Source of the DNA: Octopus sinensis
Lineage: Eukaryota
Length of the DNA stretch: 64,000 nucleotides
NCBI RefSeq assembly: GCF_006345805.1
Contig: NC_043002.1
Span: 119,660,001-119,724,000, forward strand
Direction of reading: 5' to 3'
Notes under the pieces: generated by a model
The model's database searches: none
Seen by the model: the letters and a program-made list of their open reading frames with translations, nothing else
Told to the model about the DNA's origin: nothing
Translations under genes and position numbers: made by a program
Shown: positions 53,545 through 64,000 of the stretch, one piece after another
How positions within the stretch are numbered: the stretch's first letter is position 1
Layout: every line of letters starts with the position of its first letter

Positions 53545-53960
53545 GTACGAGGTGATATCACAAAGTTCCAGGACTAGTTATATTTAATAAAGGATGACTT
53601 ATTTACTCAAGTTTTAACACATTATCCTTCGAAATACGCACCTTGTGCAACAAGATTCACTCAGTGTTAAAACGGCGACCTTTGAGCTGCATTTTCATCT
53701 CGGGGAAGAGATTGGAAGCCCGCAGGTGTTAAATCTGGCGAATAGGGAGGGTGCGGAAGCGATAGCATGTTTTTGGCGGGAAACTCAAGAGTGAGCAGAG
53801 CTCGGTGACAGAGTGCATTGTCGTCGTGAAGAATCTAGTTGTTCGCGCTTCATAGATCCGGTCTCTTTCGCTGAACGTCTTCCCTCAATTGCTTCAAAAC
53901 GTCGCAGTTGAACTCTCGATTGACGCTCAAGTCCTGGGGAACGAATTCTCGACGCACATT
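53545..53960 (-). pseudogene. Mariner (irritans-like) 3' fragment with one TIR
   Basis: LHDDNALCHRALL..EFPAKNMLSLPHPPYSPDLTPA..LFPEMKMQLKGRRF; TACGAGGTGATATCACAAAGTTCC end. Confidence 0.8.
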
Positions 53961-55843
53961 TACGCACATTTACGCTGGTGACGATCGTATGAACAGGCTT
54001 GAACATTAGATATTAGGCACGCAACATTAAACAATAAATGTATAGAGGGTGACATTGCCACAGGTTAGATCAGAAGCTCTGGCGAAAGAAATCCGATAAC
54101 ACATTTAATCAGTTTATTAATTAATTAATTAATTAATTAAACAAGTTATTTCATTAATTGATAATAAAACTGAAGTGCAATTCAACCAGTACGTGTATTT
54201 TAATTAGTAGTAAATGCCTCGCAAATTACAACAGTGTTTCATTACACAATATTTTACGATTTTGCAATCTATATATTTGTGTCTGTGTATGTGTGTGTAT
54301 GTATGTATGTGTGTGTGTGCTTACGTATGTTTATGTGTGTGCTTATGTGTATGTGTGTGTGTGCGTGTGTGCGTGACAAATCTCATAAATTCGTATAAGA
54401 CGTTATATGCGCGATTATGCATATTTATCGGACAGGTTTCTGCGCAGATTCCGTCTAACACTTGCCACCGTGGCAATTCTCTAGCCACCGTGGTAATTCT
54501 CGAAGGCTTGTGAAACCAGGAGAGATACATAGTACATGCTACTTTTCATGCCACTCGTACGTGCATTTGTGATAAATCCTTTGCACGAACTCTCGACGAT
54601 TAAGTCACTTCTCTCAATTGCAATAATTTAATATATGCACTCATTTATTGAGTTCTATTTTTGTGGTGTGAGTGTGTGGGTGTGTATTGTTATATATTGT
54701 ATTGGTGCTTGCTTTTTGTGATGTTAACGGATGTTTTCTCGTAAAATATTTTTCAGTCGCTAAAGTTTCGTCTAATTTGAGATGCATAGATTTATCTAAG
54801 TCTGTCGTTAATGCTATCAAGTTATTTGGGAAAGAAAGATTCTGTCAGGTGTACATCTTTTTTTTTTTTACTTTTATTAGTACATCTAAAAGTGATTTTG
54901 TTGATATTATGCAATAACCATTATACCTTTTTACACATTATTCATGTTGAGTATTACATTTATTTCTAACTTTATATCATATTAAGTTACATACCAATAA
55001 GCTACTGTTTTAGTGCTTAGCTGAGCTGTGACCCACATAGTTACTAACGATGTTAGGTTGTCATTCATTTTGGTAATGAATTAATTTTATTAACTCTGAG
55101 AAAGTAAATTTACATTGGTGGGAATTGAACTAGGAAATAATAGAGTTTAAGTCAGAAACTAAGTAATCTAGTGTTTTCAGTGAAACGCACTACTCTACTA
55201 TCTCGGCTGCTTTCAATTTTCAGTTTCTAATTAAAGTGGAAATGTTGTATGACCCGATTCGGTGAACTTGAAATATTCCATGCCACTAATTTAGTTCTTA
55301 TCTTTAACTACCATTCATTCAGGCTAGCTTTTAATATTGAATTTCAATGTTTCTCCGCAGGCATTTTCTTTCATTACAAATTATTCAATTTAAAATAAAT
55401 ATTTCTCTTCACCGAACCATCTCTTTTCTTTTGTTTATTTTGATCATCATCATCATCCTCATCGTCATCATCGTCGTTGTCATCATCATCATCATGTTCA
55501 TGATCATGGGCATCATCGTTATCGGTACAATATCATACAAACAATAATGAAAAAATGGTGCGATGTTCTAAAGAAGAGGAAAGGTAGAAGAGGAAAGAAG
55601 TAAAGAAAAAAAACATTATTGTGATGGGAGAAATAAGGTAAGGATGCAGCAGGGGAAAATTGGTGGAAAATAGAGAAAAAACGTCATGGGTGGAGGGGAG
55701 GAAGTTAAAGAGGATATATAGGAAGAGGGCAACGCGGAAAGAAGCAAAGAGGAGGGGGAATGATGAAGATGATGATGATGATGATGATGATGATGATAAT
55801 GATGATGATGATGATAATAATAATGTTAATAATAATAATAATA

Positions 55844-55891
<48 letters not shown>

Positions 55892-55918
55892 TGATAATAA
55901 TAATAATAATGCAGTACC

Positions 55919-56478
55919 AAATGCCCTGATGCAGTACCAGGCAGTGGCTCTCATGGCTTCTGATCTTAACTGATTGGAAGTGTTATCATGTACATTGTTT
56001 TGTCTTGGTATAAAAGATGAGCTACAGCAAATATTCTGCTCAATACCACAGATTTGCTTGTCAGTTGTTTGACCTTAACCAGTTGAGCATGTCCCTTAGT
56101 GGCTGACGATATGTACATCTCTGATCACGAGCAGAAGTAATGGGGGAGCATCATGGCCATGTGTTGAGAGGGATTCTTTGGGGTTTGAATAGTTCACCTC
56201 TGGAAACATGGGTGGTTCTTTCAACATCCTTAAGCAACCCTTATTCAGGGACCGTTTGAGCGGGATGGGCTACGCAACCTGAAGAAAATTCTAAATGGGC
56301 CCCACCTGCAAGGTCATGTGCTGTTTATCTTGATATGAGATCACCATGTCGCGCACATATGGTTGTGATGCATGTGCCTGGTGTACCTTTATCAGACGGG
56401 TAGTCATGATGGGTATACTGGGCTTCGTATATTTTACCCCAGTGTCACTTTGATGGCATGAACTGCTCTCTCACTCAA
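55919..56478 (+). mobile_element. Family D non-coding element in (AAT)n
   Basis: Sister copy of 22030-22590. Confidence 0.85.
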
Positions 56479-57028
56479 TAATAATAATAATAATAATGAT
56501 AATAATATTAAACATCTGAGTTAAACGAAAGAGAAAAGTAAATTATGAAAAGATGATGCTAACAAAGAATTGAAAAGGAAGAAAAAGAAAAAAAACAAGA
56601 TAAAAAATATGATGTGTATAAAGAAAATACAGAGGTTATAGAATGCAGTTGGACATAGTAAGGAGGAAGGAAGTGAAAAGAACGATGCTGAATTGTAATA
56701 ATATGTGAAAGTGGCACCATGCTTCAGTTTACCAGTTCTTGTTTATCCCAAGCGAAAAGGAGCACGGCTTGGCAGTTAGAGGCATTCGTCTCACGACCTT
56801 TGGAGTCGTGAGTCCCATACCAAGCGGCGCATTGCATGCACGAGCAATATAATTTATTTCACGTTGCATCAGTTCACTCAACTTGTACCTGTATTTCAAA
56901 GGCCCATCCTTGTCACATTTTGTATCACGTTGAATCTCCCTGACTGTAGAGTGCTCAACCACTTGCAGGATAATTTCACGAGCTGGCTGTTCAGTTCATC
57001 GGATCAACTAGAGCCCCCGTCGTCACAA

Positions 57029-57062
<34 letters not shown>

Positions 57063-57077
57063 AACATATACATACAT

Positions 57078-57124
<47 letters not shown>

Positions 57125-57212
57125 GGTCCCGGGTTGAGTCGGGGTTAACCACAGTAAATAAATTCTATAAAATAAATAAATATATATATATATATGTTTG
57201 TATGTATATGTT

Positions 57213-57334
<122 letters not shown>

Positions 57335-57505
57335 AATATTAGGGAATAAATCCAAATTTACAGGGAAAAAATCAGATTTATGATTAAATCGATTTTATAG
57401 TAAAATATTATAAAATATTATTCGAGACAAAACCACTATTTTGCAAAACAAACAAGGAAAGACTTAATCAATACATAAAATTTTAATAAATAGTCAAAAA
57501 AACCG

Positions 57506-57548
57506 CCACTACAATCGTTTCTTGTCTTGATCGACAATCTTCAGGTGG
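57506..57548 (-). ncRNA. Type I minimal hammerhead ribozyme motif (minus-strand copy)
   Basis: Exact reverse complement of 57571-57613. Confidence 0.8.
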
Positions 57549-57570
57549 ACTTCCAATAATTCAGTGAAGT

Positions 57571-57613
57571 CCACCTGAAGATTGTCGATCAAGACAAGAA
57601 ACGATTGTAGTGG
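57571..57613 (+). ncRNA. Type I minimal hammerhead ribozyme motif
   Basis: CCAC CTGAAGA TTGTC GATCAA GACAA GAAA C GATT G T A GTGG: stem I CCAC/GTGG, intact CUGANGA and GAAA core, 5-bp stem II, 2-bp stem III, GUA cleavage triplet (cut after 57609). Confidence 0.8.
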
Positions 57614-57706
57614 CGGTTTTTTTGACTATTTATTAAAATTTTATGTATTGATTAAGTCTTTCCTTGTTTGTTTTGCAAAATAGTGGTTTTGTCTCGAATA
57701 ATATTT

Positions 57707-57774
<68 letters not shown>

Positions 57775-60689
57775 AAAGAAAATAAATGCTGTTGTTGATC
57801 CACTTGACTAAAGATCCATCAGATGGATCAACCGCGGCATTTATTTTCTTTTTGAGTCAGGTACTTATTTTTCTATCAACCAAATCTGCTCACAAGGCTT
57901 TGCTCATCCTGAGGCTACAGTAGAAGACACTTGCCCAAGGTGTCAAGCAGTGGAGTGAACCCGGAACCATGTGGTTGGGAAGTAAGCTTCTTACCACACA
58001 GCCACAGTAGCTTTAAATTAAAATGATTCTGTAGAAATTATGTTTTGTTCTGTGTGGGTCTTCCTAAACAATTATGAAATTTCTTACTTCAATAGAATTT
58101 ATGGCTATTTGAAAATAAGGGCATTGTAAATATAGTATCTGTATTTCTTCATTGTTATAGATGAAGAAATGCAATAATGAAGTGGAGATTTCAATATAAA
58201 TTGTAGAAAATATGTAATTAGAAATAGACGGAGAAAATGAAAGCTGGAAAATATATAATTAGTCGTTCTTCCACTTGATTTACTGTGAAATTAATTATTG
58301 GCCACTTCCCCCATATTACTTTCTTACATCTTCACTTCTCTTCAATCACGTTTTTTTATCAACAGTTCCCTATATGCTTAAGTAATTATGTATATGTTGG
58401 TACCTTTGTTTTTCTCCATCTGGTTGAATTTGTTCCCCTTACATTATTTTCTCCTATTCTATATAGCTTGATTTTATATGTCTCATGTTCCTTCTCTTTA
58501 TCCGCCTCAACTATTAAAATTTCAATAATATATTGTCTTTCACAGTCTTAAAACCGCGATCAGGCAGAATCTTTAGCACATGGAACAAAATATTTAGCAG
58601 CGTTTGGTCTGCCTGGTTTTCTTTCATCTTTTCGTAGTCGATAAAATAAGTACCAGTTGAGCCCTGGAAACAAGGTAATCGACCTACCCACTACCTCGAA
58701 ATTGCTAGCCCTGTACCAAAATTTGAAACCAACATACTTTTGACAGTTTTTTTGAAGGTTTTTGAAGTTATTAAAAGATAACCACTTCATGAATATAAAA
58801 CCATGTGAAGAGTTCTTTCTTAAGGTATTTTTGTAGATTTAAAATTGATTATACTGTATTTTTTCTTAAATTGTTGAAATGGTGATACTCTTTGAAAAGG
58901 ATCAGTTGTAAAGATGAATATGTTTTTTGTAGATTATGTGAGTACTCTGTTGAGCAGAAATGAAAGCCACGGTGGAGCATTTAAACTAGTGGTTATTTAC
59001 GCTCCGACAGGAGCTGGATGGTTGGATTTCATTAAACGCCAAGAAACTTTACGAGTCGCTGAGTGGAATGGGATTTTTTGACATTCGCAAACATTATATT
59101 GGTGTACCCGATCGGACAATGGTATGCAAAAGCCTCGCAAACTTTCTTGATGTTTCCAACTGTGTAACGTATTTCGCCTCGATTTTCACTATAGCCTTTA
59201 TGGACCTGGTCAGCTCACAGTGGGATATCTAGTTCGCACTTATGGGTTTCTTTCAGGTTAAGAGATGAATTTAGTATAACTTATTCACAGTCTCAGTTAG
59301 TTGGCTATCTAGGTCTTGGTCAAATAAGAAAGACGAAGGACAATTATACTGTTCTGTAAGATGAAAGCGTACTTCCCGGCGCGGAAGCATTTCAGGGATC
59401 AAATTAGTGTACAACTTAATTGAGAATTAAGTGGAGCAATCATCAGCAATTGGAGATGAGTTTCACTTAAAAGAAAAATTAAAGAAGTTGGCTTTAAAGA
59501 GATTGATTTAGGGAACAGCAGAATAGCAAAGAAACTAGATGTTCATGGAAGAGGCATCACAAACTAAGAACTAGCAGGAAGAATGCCGCTCTACCATTTC
59601 TTCGACGCGAAATAGGTACGACGTGTTGTTCAACCTAGGACATGTGCTTTGATACATGAGGTCAACGAAAAGTATCCCTTGGGCCTGGTTGTTAGAGGGT
59701 GCAGCATCACAATAGAGCCAAAAGAGAGCTAGAATACAGACTACGACAAACCTCGGTGGGTGGGTGACATCCAATTCCAAAGAAACGAGTGCGGTTAACA
59801 GGTTGCTGTGTTTAATTGAGGCAGTATTGGACATGTACTAAGCCACCGTATAAAGAGAGTAAAAATGAGATCTGCTGATCTGCCCTATGAGTTATATTTT
59901 CACACGCCAGATTCGTTTGTTCCTATCTTAGCAGCGGCTTACTGCAGTTGGCAGGTAACTGCTGATTAGAAGCATTCCCAGTCGAGTGAGCCGCCGAGTG
60001 GTGACACTGCAGAGAAATGATCAGAATAACGGGGACATGACAGAAAATGTCGGACTATAATTCTGCCCACACAAAGTTCAATATTTTGGGAAAGGTGCTA
60101 ATGAAAGAGACTAATGAGGCTGAATGCATCTACCCTGAATATGCTTTTTAAACTAGAATGAAATAAATTGAGAGAGGGCCTGTTGATGCCTTGGTTTTGA
60201 TAGCGTTTTTGGAACATTTTGTATGTTTTTTTTCCGAATTACCTTCGGTAGATTTCTTCAATTTGGATAATATATTTTCTTGTTCAAAATTGTTTTCAAT
60301 ATATTTTCTATATCGTTTGTTATCTCTTTATTTCTTGTTACTCCCATTTTGTGCTCTTTTTTTATTTCGTTTACATCTTGAGCCTTTGTGGTCAATAAAA
60401 GAAATCAATTAAAATCTCCACTTCTCTCTCATCTTCATCACATATTATTATCGTTGTTACTATCATAATTAGGCGTAGGCGTAGCTGTATAGGTAAGAAG
60501 CTTACATTCCTGCCACGTGCGAGGTACATTGGATAAGTTTCTTCTATTAAAGACCCGGACAGACCAAAGCATTGCGAGTGGATTTAGTAACTGAGAAAAT
60601 CCCATCGTCAAGGTATTCGAGATAAATTTGACAGTTTGCATAAAAGGTTATGAAAACAATATCCTGTTCATAAATAAAAATATTTGAAG

Positions 60690-61280
60690 AAATAGCAACT
60701 AGATTATGGCTGGGAGATAACAGTTTTCTCAAAATTGCTGCCCTCGGCTTCAACCATGGCCTCAAGGAGGCTCAAGAAACTAGTGCATGCATTCCTTACT
60801 GAGTTGCAGGGACGATCTTTGAACACCTCTTCGATCTTGGTCCCCAGCTCGGACTTGCTGTTGCAAACAGAGTAATTGGAGGTGGACAGGTTGAACAAAC
60901 ACTTCGACAACCACTTTTGAATCTCTTTAGAGATATGACAAGGAACTGAATTCTGCTGCCATATATATAGCATTTCGGCTGCAGCCTTCTCCTGTCAGTG
61001 ATTGACAACTGTCTACAGAATTTTTATATAGCCGTCTGAATTGACCCTAAGGCCCTCTTAAAGTATTTGAGGCTGTATCCTGACATGCAGACGCAGTCAG
61101 AATGCCTGTTTTCCCACTTCCTGCGGGTCAAAGCTTTGCCGCCTCCATTGTAGCTGTCCATGTCACATTTTGCAGCCTATACAGTGTCCACAGAGCATTG
61201 AGCAGCAGTCATGATATCGGTATTTTGTTATCCCTCTCGAACCATCCTGGTACCAGTAAATCGTATTCACATGGCTTCCA
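60690..61280 (-). pseudogene. Tc1/mariner-superfamily (maT/DD37D-like) transposase relic with internal deletion
   Basis: YIWQQNSVPCHISKEIQKWLS..VRNACTSF.S.LEAMVEAEG (C-terminus) and QNTDIMTAAQCSVDTV..TRRKW (HTH-like N-terminus). Confidence 0.7.
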
Positions 61281-61683
61281 AATCTTCCAGGTTTCCTCAG
61301 TTTTTCTCAACTACAACTTTGATTTTTATACTCCCCAATGCTTTTGGCTGTCCACCAATACATCAAGGTGTTCCAGAAAAAAGAAAACAAAAAATCATCA
61401 AATTTACATCTAACTCCTCTATACATCTGTGTGCATGTTTAGCCTCCATTCACCCCTTGAAAGATACCAATCTTCTACTGTACTACTTCGACCTACTTAC
61501 CATACACCTCTTATACGGATCCAGCTCCACATTGTGCCATCTTCATTTTTGTCGATAACACACCGGGATTTTAATAGTTATTTGTTGACCCTGTATTTTC
61601 CCGCCAATTTGTTTTTGCTCAGCAGTAACGGAGTATTTAAGTCAGCCGTGTATAAACAATTTCAACTATATTATATACATACA

Positions 61684-61847
61684 GGCGCAGGAGTGGCTGT
61701 GTGGTAAGTAGCTTGCCAACCAACTACATGGTTCCGGGTTCAGTCCCACTGCGTGGCATCTTGGGCAAGTGTCTTCTGCTATAGCCCCAGGCCGACCAAT
61801 GCCTTGTGAATGGATTTGGTAGACGGAAATTGAAAGAAGCCTGTCGT

Positions 61848-61885
<38 letters not shown>

Positions 61886-62102
61886 ATGTGTATGTGTGTG
61901 TGTTTGTGTGTGTGTGTTTGTCCCCCTAGCATTGCTTGACAACCGATGCTGGTGTGGTTACTTCCCCGTCACTTAGCGGTTCGGCAAAAGAGACCGATAG
62001 AATAAGTACTGGGCTTACAAAAAATAAATCCCAGGGTCGATTTGCTCGACTAAAGGCGGTGCTCCAGCATGGCCGCAGTCAAATGACTGAAACAAGTAAA
62101 AA
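61684..62102 (+). mobile_element. SINE family A (full length)
   Basis: Matches the family A consensus. Confidence 0.9.
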
Positions 62103-62380
62103 AAAAATACAATCATACATGTTGGGACTCCGTCGTTTACGAAGACAAAGATTTTTACTGATCCGATGAACGGAACCAAAAGCTCATGAAATTAACGTGC
62201 TGAGCACTCCACAGACCCGTGTACTCCTCACGTAATTCTGAGGGAAATTCAGCGTGATACCGTATGTAACAAGGCTGGCCCTTTCAAATACAGGTACAAC
62301 TCATTTTTGCCAGCTGAGTGGACTGGAGCAACATGAAATAAAGTGAATCTATACTTATCCCTATACTTAGCCTATACTTA

Positions 62381-62787
62381 GGCGGCGAGCTGGCAGAAGC
62401 GTTAGCGCGCTGGGGGAAATGCTTAGCGGTATTTCGTCTGTCGTTACGTTCTGAGTTCAAATTCTGCCGAGGTCGACTTTGCCTTTCATCCTTTCGGGGT
62501 CGATAAATTAAGTACCAGTTACGTACTGGGGTCGATGTAATCGACTTAATACCTATGTCTGTCCTTGTTTGTCCCCTCTGTGTTTAGCCCCTTGTGGGTA
62601 ATAAAGAAATAGAAATAGGTATTTCGTCTGTCGTTACGTTCTGAGTTCAAATTCCGCCGAGGTCGACTTTGCCTTTCATCCTTTCGGGGTCGATAAATTA
62701 AGTACCAGTTACGCACTGGGGTTGATGTAATCAACTTAATCCCTTTGTCTGTCCTTGTTTGTCCCCTCTATGTTTAGCCCCTTGTGG
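62381..62787 (+). mobile_element. SINE family B, head-to-tail dimer
   Basis: Full unit followed by a unit starting at GGTATTTCGTCTG after ..AAAGAAATAGAAATA. Confidence 0.9.
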
Positions 62788-63539
62788 GCAGTAAAGAAAT
62801 ATATACTTAGCTCCACACGTACATATACCCATGTTTGTGTCTGTGTGTATCAGTTTAGAAGAAAGGTATGTATCGATTTAGAAGAAAATGTTAAAGTCTT
62901 ATTATCTAATAGTTATACAACATGTCCACCCAACTGTCGATCCTTATTCTCACAAACAACCACAAACGGTTAATTGGATCAGTTAATCTAACTTTAAATT
63001 AACGCTATAAGAAAGTGTAAATGAATACACTTTAATATTTTGTATATAAAAACGTATTTTTTAAAATTTCTCATTCAAACAAAAATATACAGTCTTTACG
63101 TAGTCGCTCGACAGCGAGAAATTGCAGCCAAATTTTCCTCCGTCCTTTAATGTTTTAAAAATGGAAATAATATAATGAACTATCAAATATTAGATACCAT
63201 AGAGTGACGAAATTTGGATACCTTTAATACATTTCATCATAAGTCTTCTCGATCGGGTGTGACTTGGTTCTACACTATAACAAACAGCCTAGCTTACTCT
63301 TTTTTGAATATACACAATCATAGGCTGTACCATTTATTACGGATAAAATTCAGAATCATTTTTGTTAATCGGCCTCTCAACTTTTGTGTTCAGTAAATGT
63401 TTTGTGGTACTTTGTGCTAAGTTAACAATTTTTTTTCTTTTTCTGAACAATATCATTGTTTTCTTAATATTCTTATATATGTTGAGCCACGTATGAAGAG
63501 CCACGTAGGGAAGCAATTCCGTTTTACCATTAATGAACA

Positions 63540-63830
63540 TGGATTTTTTTTCTCTAAACGATCAGAATAAGTCGACGTTCTCTGTCTAAATACTAAAAAA
63601 TTCGACGTCGCATCTGATCTGTCCGAAATCAATAAAACAATAAGTGGACATGCATCGAGGCGAATCTATCAAATATAATCCATCCGAACATGTTCTTGTA
63701 TCAAATATAGAAAGCTATATAACCTCAGAGTTCAAATCAAAGGAAGATGCAGAGGACAATATTAGAACTTTTATGGATGTATCCGCCTCCATTTTGGCGA
63801 CTTATGCTGATAAAATCAACGCAGCAATAT
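63540..63830 (-). promoter_or_regulatory. CpG-enriched, non-repetitive patch with a possible start context CCAAAATGGAGGCGG (ATG at 63792)
   Basis: Visibly more CpG than its surroundings; putative first exon 63792-63724 (MEADTSIKVLILSSASSFDLNSE) has only a weak GAG|GTTATA donor. Confidence 0.25.
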
Positions 63831-64000
63831 TCTCTATAATAATCGTTTTTTTTGTTTTCCTTTCACACAACATTTGTCTCTGATGGTGCCGAGGAGTTTA
63901 TAACTTAATGATCTAAATGGATATTTATGTTGCAGGCTGTTGTCGATTACATTATATATCTTATCTTTGTTATCTAAATCGTATGTGCTGTACGTATAGG

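Larger units (their letters stand above)
57410..57709. repeat. Perfect 144-bp inverted repeat (57410-57553 and 57566-57709, 12-nt spacer) between (TA)n arrays
   Basis: No mismatch found on manual comparison, including the A7/T7 run. Confidence 0.95.

Noticed and set aside
54463-54502. Palindromic TTGCCACCGTGGCAA in a 20-bp tandem duplication (RFX-like)
   Set aside because: Spacing does not match the X-box consensus; a single local duplication.
59560-60000. GC-richer stretch with ORF 59571-59834
   Set aside because: No recognisable motif in any frame; probably an old TE relic, not supportable.
63337-63792. Resemblance of MEADTSIKVLILSS.. plus ..KHLLNTK..NDSEFYP to the AAGAB N-terminus
   Set aside because: The second segment has a purine-rich upstream region (no acceptor), and no following W.IDNKYY exon was found.

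Overview
AT-rich, microsatellite-dense animal DNA. The repeat families look like those of an octopod cephalopod; this is inferred from pattern recognition, not a database match. No host protein-coding gene could be identified with confidence, and almost all ORF-track entries are microsatellite or SINE artefacts. The window is a mosaic of mobile DNA: three tRNA-derived SINE families (>25 copies), five Tc1/mariner relics (one full-length mariner with TIRs and TA flanks), RTE-clade LINE fragments, R4/Dong-like (RLE) LINE fragments all sitting in or next to (AAT)n tracts, a 560-bp non-coding element that shares that target, two non-autonomous Helitron families, and a Penelope-like element (PLE) fragment with a GIY-YIG domain. 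The most unusual signal is a population of short, (TA)n-embedded, PLE-type modules arranged as fold-back inverted repeats, several of which carry minimal type I hammerhead ribozyme motifs. The best case is a perfect 144-bp palindrome (57410-57709) with an intact hammerhead on each strand. Other points: a 5'-inverted (twin-priming-like) RTE insertion with a 12-bp TSD, and a speculative minus-strand chain of short and micro-exons.
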